64,000 nt of DNA from an uncultured Cytophagia bacterium (GTDB lineage: Bacteria; Zhuqueibacterota; Zhuqueibacteria; Thermofontimicrobiales; Thermofontimicrobiaceae). How positions within the stretch are numbered: the first letter of the stretch is position 1; every line of letters begins with the position of its first letter. The position numbers and the translations under genes are program-made. Under the pieces are notes generated by a model. It was not told where the DNA came from, made no database searches, and saw only the letters and a list, made by a program, of their open reading frames with translations. Shown here piece after piece: positions 9,884-19,574 of this stretch. The DNA lies in assembly GCA_964605145.1 (NCBI GenBank), contig CAZSBG010000009.1, positions 28,727 to 92,726 on the forward strand. Reading direction: 5' to 3'.

Positions 9884-11608
9884 TTATCGAATGTCAACAT
9901 TGCTGCTGAGCAAGGCTGAATAATTATCCTTGTCTGAGGCGATTTCAATCGCTTTTTTAATTTCAGGCACCCATTTGAACTCACTGTGATATTTTCCTTC
10001 GGTGCCCCAGAGTTTCGCTGAAATTTCTGTTCTGAGTTTCCATTTAATCAAATCCAGATCGCGCTTAAAATCCGCTTCTTTGGCATCTTCAAGGGCTTTT
10101 TTAAAATTATCGAAAGCCTCTACAACTGAGGATTCATACTTTTTTTCTCGTATAATCTCTTCAATCGCTTCGCAATGCTCTTCTGCTTCGGTTTTATAGG
10201 TGAATTTTTTCTCTTTCAGAAATTTTTTGAAATCAACGATCATTTCGTCTGAGACCTGAAAATCCTGGCTTAGATCGCCATTTTGAGAGGCGTATTCCAG
10301 TGCATAATTGAAGAACATGGATTTCATGATTAAATTTCCGAACAGAGCAGAAATCTCATACGGCTCGACTTTGATGTCCGGGACAATACCACCTTCGCCA
10401 TGCACCTTTCGTTTTGAACTGGTGTAAAATACATCTTCTTCCTCTTCATTCGTTGCTGTATCTTTCGTTGCGTCATAACCCCAAATCACGTTTTTGGTTC
10501 GGATGAAGTCAGGTTTTTGGATAAGACGGCCGCTGGGGATATAATATTTTGCGGTCGTTATCTTCAATGAAGCGCCTTTTCGATTCAGTGGGAGCACGGT
10601 TTGAACCAGGCCTTTGCCAAATGTTCTTGAACCGATAATCAGCCCCCGATCAAGGTCTTGCACAGCGCCGGCCACAATTTCCGAAGCAGAGGCGCTATAT
10701 CGATCGACCAGGATAATGAGCGGTTTTTCACCCCAGATGGGCTCTCGTTTGGCGCGGTATTCCACGTTTGTGCCGGAAGCGCGGCCCTTGGTGTAAACGA
10801 TTAATTCGCCTTTGGGGATGAAATTTTCAGCTACCTGGACTGCAGATTCCAGCAATCCACCGGGATTGCCCCGCAGGTCCAGAATCAGAGTTTCCATCCC
10901 CTGATCTATGAGCACGGCAATGGAATCGTGAACCTGTTTTCCTGCATAGCGCGAAAAGTGGCCTAAACGAAGATACCCAATCTTATCATCGACGAATCCG
11001 GCAAAGGTGACATCACTGACTTTAATTTCAGCACGAATCAATCGAAATTCGAGTGGTTTAATTTCTCCGACGCGGCGGATTTTAATGGAAACTGCGGTGC
11101 CAATTTCGCCACGCAGTTTTTGTGCGGTTTCTGAGATGGTCAGGTTTTTTGTGGTCATTCCGTCAATTTCAATTATTCGGTCTCCCTCCCGAATACCGGC
11201 TTTTGAGCTTGGAGTGCCCTCGAATGGAGGCTCCACAACGGTGGGCCAATTATCGCGTTTGGCAATTCGCATGCCAACGCCCCCATACTTGCCAGTCGTC
11301 ATTATCTTTAGATCTCCGGTATTTTCATATTCGATGAACATGGTGTACGGGTCAAGTGTTCGCAACATGCCATTGATGCCCGATTTCATGAATTTTTCGG
11401 GATCAATTTCTTCAATATATCGCCGAGCAATCTCTTCATACACCTTGCCGAAGAGTTGAATATTTTTGTCTATTTCAAAATAATAATCCGGTTTGGGTGT
11501 ATTCGTTTCTCTGGCAATCCAGCCGCCTAAAAATGTAACAGAGAACAGCAAGATAATAACGAAGAATATGGACAAATAATTGTGTCTATTTTTCATAATC
11601 TTCTCCAA
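9884..11608 (-). CDS. S41 family C-terminal processing (tail-specific) protease with PDZ domain
   Basis: It has an N-terminal TM anchor, a PDZ domain (GDRIIEIDG) and the S41 core LILDLRGNPGG...SASASE. A C-terminal extension of about 200 aa follows. Confidence 0.85.
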   Translation of the reverse strand: MEKIMKNRHNYLSIFFVIILLFSVTFLGGWIARETNTPKPDYYFEIDKNIQLFGKVYEEIARRYIEEIDPEKFMKSGINGMLRTLDPYTMFIEYENTGDLKIMTTGKYGGVGMRIAKRDNWPTVVEPPFEGTPSSKAGIREGDRIIEIDGMTTKNLTISETAQKLRGEIGTAVSIKIRRVGEIKPLEFRLIRAEIKVSDVTFAGFVDDKIGYLRLGHFSRYAGKQVHDSIAVLIDQGMETLILDLRGNPGGLLESAVQVAENFIPKGELIVYTKGRASGTNVEYRAKREPIWGEKPLIILVDRYSASASEIVAGAVQDLDRGLIIGSRTFGKGLVQTVLPLNRKGASLKITTAKYYIPSGRLIQKPDFIRTKNVIWGYDATKDTATNEEEEDVFYTSSKRKVHGEGGIVPDIKVEPYEISALFGNLIMKSMFFNYALEYASQNGDLSQDFQVSDEMIVDFKKFLKEKKFTYKTEAEEHCEAIEEIIREKKYESSVVEAFDNFKKALEDAKEADFKRDLDLIKWKLRTEISAKLWGTEGKYHSEFKWVPEIKKAIEIASDKDNYSALLSSNVDIR

Positions 11609-11751
11609 CTATTATTGTAAAATGCATATAAATTTGAACCAAATGTTCCGGTCATATCAAATATTCTTTAAACTGATTTGTAAAACATCAGCAAAGGACA
11701 GTACAATTTTAATATCAATACAGAAATTTTTTCGAAAAGCGGAATTTATTT

Positions 11752-12372
11752 TTACAGGAGCTGATTTACCTTGTGCCAAATTTCTTCCGCAATGGAGTCA
11801 ATAGTACTTGAACCATCGATAACAGAAAATCGTTCCGGTTCCTGGCTTATTATTTGTAAATATCCATTACGCACATTTTCGAAAAAGGTTTTGGTTTCCT
11901 GCTCCATTCTGTCTAACTTGCCTTTTAGCCTGATTTTCCGGCGTTCCATTTCATCCAGATCAATATCGATGAAAAACGTAATCTTCGGGACGAGACCTTG
12001 TGTAGCAATGTGATTGAGTTGATGCACAAATTCAAGGTCCATTTTTCGGCCATATCCCTGATATGCAGTGGATGAATCGTAAAACCGATCTAAAATAACC
12101 AGCAAACCCTGTTGAAGGGCCGGAAGAATATTTTCTTTCACAACCTGGGCGCGTGCTGCTGAGTAAAGTAAATATTCGGTGAGCGGAGACATGGTTTCGT
12201 CTTCGACTGTCAGTAATGCTTCCCTGATTTTTTCGGCGATGACCGTGCCGCCCGGTTCACGGAAAAGTTTGAAATTTATGTCATTCGCTTTGAGTCGCTC
12301 TACAAGTTTTTCAATTTGTACAGACTTCCCGCAAAAATCGATACCTTCGAAAGTTATTAGTGTTCCATTCAT
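11752..12372 (-). CDS. tmk: Thymidylate kinase
   Basis: The N-terminal P-loop is ITFEGIDFCGKS. The length is 206 aa, typical of dTMP kinases. Confidence 0.9.
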   Translation of the reverse strand: MNGTLITFEGIDFCGKSVQIEKLVERLKANDINFKLFREPGGTVIAEKIREALLTVEDETMSPLTEYLLYSAARAQVVKENILPALQQGLLVILDRFYDSSTAYQGYGRKMDLEFVHQLNHIATQGLVPKITFFIDIDLDEMERRKIRLKGKLDRMEQETKTFFENVRNGYLQIISQEPERFSVIDGSSTIDSIAEEIWHKVNQLL

Positions 12373-12378
12373 TGAGAA

Positions 12379-13719
12379 TTATACCTTAATCGCTTTCCAG
12401 CGTCCGCCTTTGAATCTCCAGTAATTCAGGATGAGTCTCAAAGTTTCATCAATTAAATGTGCAAACCACAAACCGGATACGGCTAATGAAAACGTAAATG
12501 CAAACACCCAGGATGCGAATAGTTCCAGAATCAGCACACCGATGATGGTCATGTACATTAACCATTTCAGGTCGCCGGCGCCGCGCAAATTTCCAATAAT
12601 CACATTATCGACAGCTTTCGGAATTTGCACGATGGCGAAAATAATAACAGCATTCACGCCCAACTGAATCACTGTTTCGTCAACAATAAACAGGTGCAGA
12701 ATTGTTTTTGAAAAAATGATCAGCGTTAAAGCAATAAAGCAGGAAAAAACGAATCCCACCCATCCTGATGTACGAGCCGTTCGTTCGGCTAACTGCTGTT
12801 TTTCAGCGCCGAGATTTTTCCCCATCAACGTCATGGCTCCCATGCTGAAGCCCAGGTAAGCCATGGAGAGTACGTTTTGAATTCGATTGAACGCCGTATG
12901 AATCGCCAGGTATTTTGGTCCCAGCATGGCCGCATAAATTGTAACAATCAATAATCCCAATGCCCAGACCAATTGCTCAACAGTTGTTGGAACGCCTGTT
13001 TTTAGCAATCGTTTGAATGTCTTGAAATTCGGCGTTGTCAATTCTTTGAATGATAGAAACAGGACGGTTTTTCGCGTCCTCAAAATGTACAGCGTGACAA
13101 TGAATCCTATGGAATGGGAAATTCCAAACGCCATGGCCGCACCTTCTATTTCCCAGCGTGGAAAGCCAAACCAGCCAAATATGAGCAGCGGAGCGAGAAT
13201 TACATTCAGACCATTAATCACCACATTGATGATCATGGACAGGTGCGTATCGCCGGCGCCGCGTATGCAGCCGACTGCCACAAAGTTGGTGATCATTATG
13301 GGCGCAAACAACGCGACAATGCGAAGATAAGTGATCCCTGCGCGCTGAGCTTCGGCTGAGCCTCCTTCTTTGATTAATTTGAATAAATAAACGCCACCAA
13401 AATACCAGACCAGGGCAAACGCAAATGAGATGACAATACTTATCATCAATGCCTGTCCCAAAATATGATTGGCCTCTCTCCGCTGATCAGCGCCGAGATG
13501 TCTGGCGATTATCAAAGAACTGCCCACGATAAACGTGATGAGAACTGTTAAAAACGCGATGATAATCTGAATTGCCAGGCCCTGCCCTGCAAAAGCGGCC
13601 GTACTTAGCCTTCCAATTAATATTGCTTCAATCGTAAACATGATTGTTTGGGAGGATAAGTCCACAACCGCCGGAATAGAAGTCTTTAAAATGTTTTTTA
13701 AAGGGGAACTCTGGCCCAA
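12379..13719 (-). CDS. MATE family efflux transporter
   Basis: The 446-aa protein has twelve predicted TM helices in the MATE/NorM arrangement. Confidence 0.8.
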   Translation of the reverse strand: MGQSSPLKNILKTSIPAVVDLSSQTIMFTIEAILIGRLSTAAFAGQGLAIQIIIAFLTVLITFIVGSSLIIARHLGADQRREANHILGQALMISIVISFAFALVWYFGGVYLFKLIKEGGSAEAQRAGITYLRIVALFAPIMITNFVAVGCIRGAGDTHLSMIINVVINGLNVILAPLLIFGWFGFPRWEIEGAAMAFGISHSIGFIVTLYILRTRKTVLFLSFKELTTPNFKTFKRLLKTGVPTTVEQLVWALGLLIVTIYAAMLGPKYLAIHTAFNRIQNVLSMAYLGFSMGAMTLMGKNLGAEKQQLAERTARTSGWVGFVFSCFIALTLIIFSKTILHLFIVDETVIQLGVNAVIIFAIVQIPKAVDNVIIGNLRGAGDLKWLMYMTIIGVLILELFASWVFAFTFSLAVSGLWFAHLIDETLRLILNYWRFKGGRWKAIKV

Positions 13720-13824
13720 TTTCTACCTCTGATGGCATTGAATAGAGAAACTCGATCTGTATATTAAGAGTGGCTGGATGTCAATCGTCCAGCCACTCAA
13801 TGATATTTGAGAATTACTTATTTT

Positions 13825-13866
13825 TTTCGGGCTGAAATAAATCTCCCCGAATGAAATCAGGGGAGA
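13825..13866 (-). terminator. Probable intrinsic terminator after the inositol-phosphate synthase gene
   Basis: Read on the minus strand, a TCTCCCC-loop-GGGGAGA hairpin is followed by TTTATTTC. A second perfect 10-bp hairpin, AGTGGCTGGA...TCCAGCCACT, lies at 13771-13799. Confidence 0.45.
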
Positions 13867-13878
13867 TCAATCATGAAA

Positions 13879-15192
13879 TTAATCGTAATATTCAAGCCCC
13901 AAATGCGTGATTAATCCCTCACCCTTCAGATGACGCAGTGTATTTTTCAGCTTGATTAATTGAATGAACAAATCATGCTCAGGATAAACTTCCCTGGCAC
14001 ACATCGGGCTTTTGAAATAAAATGACAGCCACTCCTGAATGCCTTTCATGCCTGTTCGTTGTGCCAGGTCCATGAAGAGCGCTAAATCCAAAACAATCGG
14101 CGCTGCTAAAATGCTGTCGCGACATAAGAAGTCGACTTTTATTTGCATGGGATAGCCGAGCCATCCGAAGATATCTATGTTGTCCCAGCCTTCTTTGTTG
14201 TCTCTTCGAGGCGGATAGTAATTGATTCGCACTTTATGGTAGAAATCTTTGTACAGATCCGGGTACACTTCTGGCTGAAGGATATATTCCAGAACCGACA
14301 GTTTACTTTCTTCTTTTGTTTTGAATGAAGCAGGATCGTCAAGCACTTCGCCGTCCCTGTTGCCTAAAATATTCGTTGAAAACCAGCCGTTCAATCCTAA
14401 TAATCTGGCTTTCAATCCCGGGGCTAACAAGGTTTTCATCAGAGTCTGGCCTGTTTTGAAATCTTTTCCTGCAATTGGTACTTCATGCTGGCGTGCCAGT
14501 TCAATCATCGCTGGAATATCAATGGTTAAGTTTGGGGCGCCATTGGCAAAAGGCACACCGGCTTTTATGGAAGCATAGGCATAGATCATGCTGGGGGCAA
14601 TTGCCGGATGGTTTTCTTTCATGGCTTTTTCGAATGATTCAACAGTTTCATGCACCGGTTCCGGTTTGAGAAATATTTCTGTGCTTGCGCACCAGACGGT
14701 CACCATTCGGTCCAGGTTATTTTTTTCTTTGAAATTCTGAATGTCTTCAATTAACATTTGAGCATAGTCATATTTGGTTGCTGCTTTTTTTACGTGCACT
14801 CCTGACAGTTTTTTAACATAATTTTGATCGAAAACTGCTTTCATGGGAATGATTTTTTCAATTTCCGGGCGAACCTGGTCCAAAAGATCAGTTTTTAAAA
14901 CACCTGCATTTATTGCTGCTTCATATACATTGTCTTCAAATATATCCCAGCCGCCAAATACGATATCATTCAATTCTGCCAATTCAACAAAATCTTTAAT
15001 CATGGGGGAGCGTTTTTCGGTTCGTTTTCCCAGTCGAATAGTGCCCATTTGGGTTAATGAACCAATGGGTTTTGAAATACCATTTCGAACGGCGATCACG
15101 CCGGTAATAAATGTAGTTGCCACAGCGCCAAGGCCCGGGCACAGGATTCCTAATTTACCTTTTGGTTTCTCAATTTCGTATTTTTCTTTCAA
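13879..15192 (-). CDS. myo-Inositol-1-phosphate synthase (MIPS/Ino1 family)
   Basis: A Rossmann-type N-terminus (GILCPGLGAVATT) is followed by the MIPS-like motifs VWCASTE and FANGAPN. The length is 437 aa. Confidence 0.7.
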   Translation of the reverse strand: MKEKYEIEKPKGKLGILCPGLGAVATTFITGVIAVRNGISKPIGSLTQMGTIRLGKRTEKRSPMIKDFVELAELNDIVFGGWDIFEDNVYEAAINAGVLKTDLLDQVRPEIEKIIPMKAVFDQNYVKKLSGVHVKKAATKYDYAQMLIEDIQNFKEKNNLDRMVTVWCASTEIFLKPEPVHETVESFEKAMKENHPAIAPSMIYAYASIKAGVPFANGAPNLTIDIPAMIELARQHEVPIAGKDFKTGQTLMKTLLAPGLKARLLGLNGWFSTNILGNRDGEVLDDPASFKTKEESKLSVLEYILQPEVYPDLYKDFYHKVRINYYPPRRDNKEGWDNIDIFGWLGYPMQIKVDFLCRDSILAAPIVLDLALFMDLAQRTGMKGIQEWLSFYFKSPMCAREVYPEHDLFIQLIKLKNTLRHLKGEGLITHLGLEYYD

Positions 15193-15243
15193 AGTTGTCC
15201 CTCCTCAATTCAATAGGATCATTTAAATAGGATTGGTTGAAGT

Positions 15244-15594
15244 TCATTCAATTTTTTGGTTTTTATCATTTACATAGACCACGCTGGGAACAAATTCTTT
15301 TGCTTCAGCTTCAGTCATCATTCCATAGGCCACAATAATTAAAAGGTCCCCGATTTCGACCATTCGTGCCAAAGCGCCATTGCAACAAATTGTTCCCGAG
15401 TCCGGTTCGCCTTCAATAACGTATGTTTCAGCACGTTCCCCGGTGTTGATGTTGAGGACTTGTACTTTTTCGAATGAGAGAATGTTGGCTGCGTCCATAA
15501 GTGTTCGGTCTATCGTGATACTTCCTTCATAATTTAAATTTGCGTCTGTAACTGCCGCGCGATGTATTTTGGATTTGCACATGGTTACATACAT
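15244..15594 (-). CDS. panD: Aspartate 1-decarboxylase
   Basis: The sequence [25 protein letters not shown] contains the self-processing Gly-Ser site. The length is 116 aa. Confidence 0.9.
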   Translation of the reverse strand: MYVTMCKSKIHRAAVTDANLNYEGSITIDRTLMDAANILSFEKVQVLNINTGERAETYVIEGEPDSGTICCNGALARMVEIGDLLIIVAYGMMTEAEAKEFVPSVVYVNDKNQKIE

Positions 15595-15841
15595 GATGTC
15601 TGCTCCCGTGTAAATTTTTATTACAAAAATAACCTGATGTCTCAGGAGTTATCGCACTTTTTTCGCCCGAGATCAATGAAAAAAACTGGATGCGTTGAAT
15701 ATTTCTTATGAAAATGACTTTAATTTCTATATTTACTTTAACACGATAAAAATTACCTGAAAATATCTAAAATTTCAGATTTTGAAAAAAATAATGATAA
15801 CGAATTTAAATTTCTTCGTTAACGGGGTTCTGGTGCGCAAG

Positions 15842-16495
15842 TTACTTTTCATGAATTGTCGCGGGTTTTTTTCCGCTTTCCATGATCCATATATGATAGA
15901 CACGTTGAATAGCAGTAATATTTGCAAAAATCGCGACAAGAAAAATAGCAAGGATTAGAGCAAATTCATGAATAAGGGCTCCCAAAGCGATGAACAGCAC
16001 TCTTTCGGGGCGCTGCATCATGCCCACTTTGCATTCCAGCCCGAGACCCTCTGCGCGCGCTCTTACGTAACTCGTCATCACAGAGCCGCCAATAGCTACG
16101 GAAACGGCTACGGCTGCCACAAGTGAAACATTGACACCGCCAATTTCCCAGGGTTCAGTGACAAAGTAGTAGGCCAGACCAAAGAAAATCATCACTTCAG
16201 AATATCGGTCCAGGGTTGAATCGTACAGTGCACCAAATTTGGTCACACGATTTGTTGCCCGGGCAACGCGTCCATCGATGACATCAAACACGCCGCCGAT
16301 CAACATTAATAACCCTCCCCAGCGAAGGTCCCCACCTCCAAATAAGTAGGCGGAAAAAACACTGATGATTAATCCAATGGTCGTGAAGTGATTCGGATTA
16401 AGTCTGCGTTTAATAAAGAAATCAGTAATCGGGGTCAATATTTTTAAAAACGTAGATTTAGCCCGTTCCGGTAAAAAAATTATGTCTAACTTCAA
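15842..16495 (-). CDS. CDP-alcohol phosphatidyltransferase, phosphatidylinositol-phosphate synthase-like
   Basis: It carries the D-G-x2-A-R-x8-G-x3-D-x3-D motif (DGRVARATNRVTKFGALYDSTLDRYSE). The 217-aa multi-TM protein matches the size class of bacterial PIP synthases and lies beside the MIPS gene. Confidence 0.75.
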   Translation of the reverse strand: MKLDIIFLPERAKSTFLKILTPITDFFIKRRLNPNHFTTIGLIISVFSAYLFGGGDLRWGGLLMLIGGVFDVIDGRVARATNRVTKFGALYDSTLDRYSEVMIFFGLAYYFVTEPWEIGGVNVSLVAAVAVSVAIGGSVMTSYVRARAEGLGLECKVGMMQRPERVLFIALGALIHEFALILAIFLVAIFANITAIQRVYHIWIMESGKKPATIHEK

Positions 16496-16517
16496 AGTGC
16501 TCCTTAATAATATAGAT

Positions 16518-17270
16518 TTATTTATTCCCTTCGATAATTATCACAAATTCTCCTTTGAGGGTAATTAATTCTTCGTCCATTAAAATTTCTTTTAGATTAC
16601 CCCGGTAGAATTGCTCGAATTTTTTTGTCAATTCTCTTGCAATAACAATCCGCCGATCCCCAAGAAATTCTAAAAGATGTTTCAAGGTTTTCAAAAGTTT
16701 CTTTGGGGATTCATAAATAATTATTGTACGTTTCTCTTCAGCCAATTCCGTGAGCCTTGTCTTTCTGCCTTTTTTGGCCGGAAGAAAGCCTTCAAATACA
16801 AAACGATCCGTCGGCAGGCCTGAGCAGACTAAGGCTGCGACAAAGGCTGTCGGGCCGGGGATGGCTTCAACTGGAATGTCATCTTTTATTGCTTCCCGTA
16901 CCATGTAAAATGCAGGATCAGAGATTCCGGGAGTTCCTGCATCAGAAATTATGGCTATCGAATCCCCCCGGTTGAGCTTTTTTATGAGCCCCGGTGTCTT
17001 CTTCTCTTTATTGAAATCAAAATAGCTTGTCGTTTGCGTGTTGATATTGTAATGTCTCAGCAGAATGGCGGCGTGCCGCGTGTCTTCGGCAGCTATCAAA
17101 TCTACCCGGGACAAAACTTCAACAGCACGAAATGACATATCTTTCAAATTGCCAATTGGCGTACTGACGATATATAGTGTTCCTTTTTTACCGGGATCGT
17201 TCAGGTTTAGAGTTCTCCTTTTCCCTGTTTTTCTTCCACTGGTCTTATTTTGTGCAGATCTGCAGAACAT
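16518..17270 (-). CDS. rsmI: 16S rRNA (cytidine1402-2'-O)-methyltransferase
   Basis: The sequence TLYIVSTPIGNLKDMSFRAVEVL...AAEDTRH belongs to the tetrapyrrole-methylase family. The annotated 5' end overlaps the upstream gene by 64 nt, so the real start is probably internal or non-ATG. Confidence 0.8.
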   Translation of the reverse strand: MFCRSAQNKTSGRKTGKRRTLNLNDPGKKGTLYIVSTPIGNLKDMSFRAVEVLSRVDLIAAEDTRHAAILLRHYNINTQTTSYFDFNKEKKTPGLIKKLNRGDSIAIISDAGTPGISDPAFYMVREAIKDDIPVEAIPGPTAFVAALVCSGLPTDRFVFEGFLPAKKGRKTRLTELAEEKRTIIIYESPKKLLKTLKHLLEFLGDRRIVIARELTKKFEQFYRGNLKEILMDEELITLKGEFVIIIEGNK

Positions 17271-18574
17271 TTATCGATTATTTCAATGGCTTTGTTTATA
17301 ATTTGTTCCGTTGTATTCAAAGAGGGACGGAATCGGATGGAGCTTTCTCCGCACTTTAAAACCAACATGCCCAATTCCTGGGCCTTGGTCATAAATTTGT
17401 TTCGCAAACAATCGGTCGGCAAATCAAACGCGATGAATAAACCTTTGCCCCGAACATTGGAAATAAAATCTGAATATTTTTCCTGCAAATTCAACAGTTC
17501 GTTTTGAAAGTAGTTGCCAACTGTAGCAGCATTTTCGACAAGATTTTCTTCTTCGATAATTTCTAAATATTTCTGACTGCGCACCATATCGACTAAGTTG
17601 GCGCCCCAGGTCGAATTAATTCGACTGGATTCCTGAAAAACATTGTCTTCAACTTCATCAATTTTCTTGCCGGCCAGAATGCCGCACACCTGCGCTTTCT
17701 TTCCAAAAGCAAGAATGTCCGGCTCTACGTCGTGGTGTTGATATGCCCACATTTTCCCTGAAACACCAATTCCCGATTGAACTTCATCGAATATTAAAAG
17801 AATATCATTTTCATCGGATATTTTTCGGAGCTGCTTGAAAAATTCTGTTCTGAAGTGATTGTCTCCGCCTTCTCCCTGAATCGGCTCGATGATAATCGCG
17901 GCAATATCATCCGAATTTTCCTCAATTGATCGCTGAATTTGGTTGAGACTCATCTGCTCATGTTCTTCCACTTGTTTCAGATTTTCTCCTTCAAGCGGAA
18001 AGGTGATTTTCGGATTCAAGACCCGGGGCCAGTTGAATATTGGAAAATATTTTGTCTTTGCCGGATCTGCCGTGTTGGTTAATGATAGGGTATATCCACT
18101 TCGACCATGAAATGACTGTTGAAAATGAATGACTTTGCTCCCAAGTTCTTTTATGTGACCTTTTTTGTGATTTTTCCGTACTTTCCAGTCAAAGGCTGTT
18201 TTTAATGCGTTTTCTACAGCCAGAGCGCCGCCGCTTATCAAAAACAGGTGAGGCAGAGTTTCGGGAATTGAGACTCGGGAGAATGTGTCCACAAATTCGG
18301 CCATTTCCACCGTGTAAAAATCAGAATTGGATGGTTTATTCAATGCTGCAAAAGATATTTTTTCCTTGAATTCAGGCGTTAACATTTTAGGGTGATTGAG
18401 ACCAACCGGCAGCGTCGCAAAAAATGTGAAAAAATCGATATATTTGCGCCCTGTTTTGGCATCCACTAAATAACTTCCCTGACTCTTTTGCAAATCAACA
18501 ATAATATCGAATCCATCTACCAGCATGTGCTTAGATAAAATAGGGATAACTTCAGCGGGTTCAATTCTTTTCAT
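17207..18574 (-). CDS. Class III PLP-dependent aminotransferase, L-lysine 6-transaminase-like
   Basis: It has the class III motif FDEVQSGIGVSGKMWAYQ and a PLP-Lys region FGKKAQV. The N-terminal HMLVDGFDIIVDL...GSYLVD resembles lysine epsilon-aminotransferases. Confidence 0.65.
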   Translation of the reverse strand: MKRIEPAEVIPILSKHMLVDGFDIIVDLQKSQGSYLVDAKTGRKYIDFFTFFATLPVGLNHPKMLTPEFKEKISFAALNKPSNSDFYTVEMAEFVDTFSRVSIPETLPHLFLISGGALAVENALKTAFDWKVRKNHKKGHIKELGSKVIHFQQSFHGRSGYTLSLTNTADPAKTKYFPIFNWPRVLNPKITFPLEGENLKQVEEHEQMSLNQIQRSIEENSDDIAAIIIEPIQGEGGDNHFRTEFFKQLRKISDENDILLIFDEVQSGIGVSGKMWAYQHHDVEPDILAFGKKAQVCGILAGKKIDEVEDNVFQESSRINSTWGANLVDMVRSQKYLEIIEEENLVENAATVGNYFQNELLNLQEKYSDFISNVRGKGLFIAFDLPTDCLRNKFMTKAQELGMLVLKCGESSIRFRPSLNTTEQIINKAIEIIDKCSADLHKIRPVEEKQGKGEL

Positions 18575-18980
18575 CCATTCTGCTCCTTGATTTACTTTGA
18601 ATAGGTTGTAAAAATTATATCGTTAAAATTATTAATGAGTTAAAATGATATTATAGTCACATCTCAGCAGCGTAAAGATTTATCCATATTCAGGCGGTAG
18701 ATAAACCAATCCCAAAAAAATAAAACTAAATATTATAATAAAAATAAATCTAAAAGTCAAGATAAAACAGGTTTATCTTACAAAAGCTGTCGAAAGGAAA
18801 ATAGGCATGAATTTAAAAAACTGCGGCAATTCGGCAAGGAAGTTGTTGCAATCCAAATCATGACCGGATGGTGTGCAGAAGGCAGGGAATTTTTGGGGAA
18901 TAATTTAATTCCCCAATTTTTTCATTTAATGTCAAGAAGATTGAGATTCACCCTCAAGGCATGGAAAATACAGGCTATTT

Positions 18981-19463
18981 TCAATATTTATCAAATTGTT
19001 CTTTTAGTTTTTCCCAGGTCTCTGTCAGCCCTTCGGAAACGACTTTGGTATGCCCCAAAATTGGCATGAAATTGGTGTCGCCGCTCCAGCGGGGAACAAT
19101 GTGAAAATGAAGGTGGTCTTTTACACCTGCGCCTGCAATTTCACCCAGGTTCATGCCAATATTGAACGCATGGGGCAGCATGGTTTGGGTTAGAGCCTGC
19201 TTGCACAATGCCAGCAATTCCATCAATTCCAAACACTCTTCGCTGGTGAGTTCGGAAATATCCGATGTGTGGCGGAAGGGGACAACCATCAGATGCCCGT
19301 TATTGTACGGATAAAAATTCATAATCACAAAACAGTGCTCTCCGCGGTACAGAATGAAATTTTCTTTATCTGTGTTTTCAGCAGGTTTTTCACAAAAAAT
19401 ACATCCCGGCGGTTTGGGTTGCTTGATATACTGAATCCGCCATGGCGCCCATAAAGTTTCCAT
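18981..19463 (-). CDS. HIT family hydrolase
   Basis: It has the histidine-triad HLHFHIVPRW and a CxxC zinc motif near the N-terminus. Confidence 0.85.
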   Translation of the reverse strand: METLWAPWRIQYIKQPKPPGCIFCEKPAENTDKENFILYRGEHCFVIMNFYPYNNGHLMVVPFRHTSDISELTSEECLELMELLALCKQALTQTMLPHAFNIGMNLGEIAGAGVKDHLHFHIVPRWSGDTNFMPILGHTKVVSEGLTETWEKLKEQFDKY

Positions 19464-19574
19464 AATTATTCCAGATATTGATGGTAAAGTTTAATTTGCA
19501 TAATACGGACAAAGGGCAATCGGAATGTCCGCTCGCCCTTTGTCTGTTATCGTGTAATTCGTATTGGTCAATTA

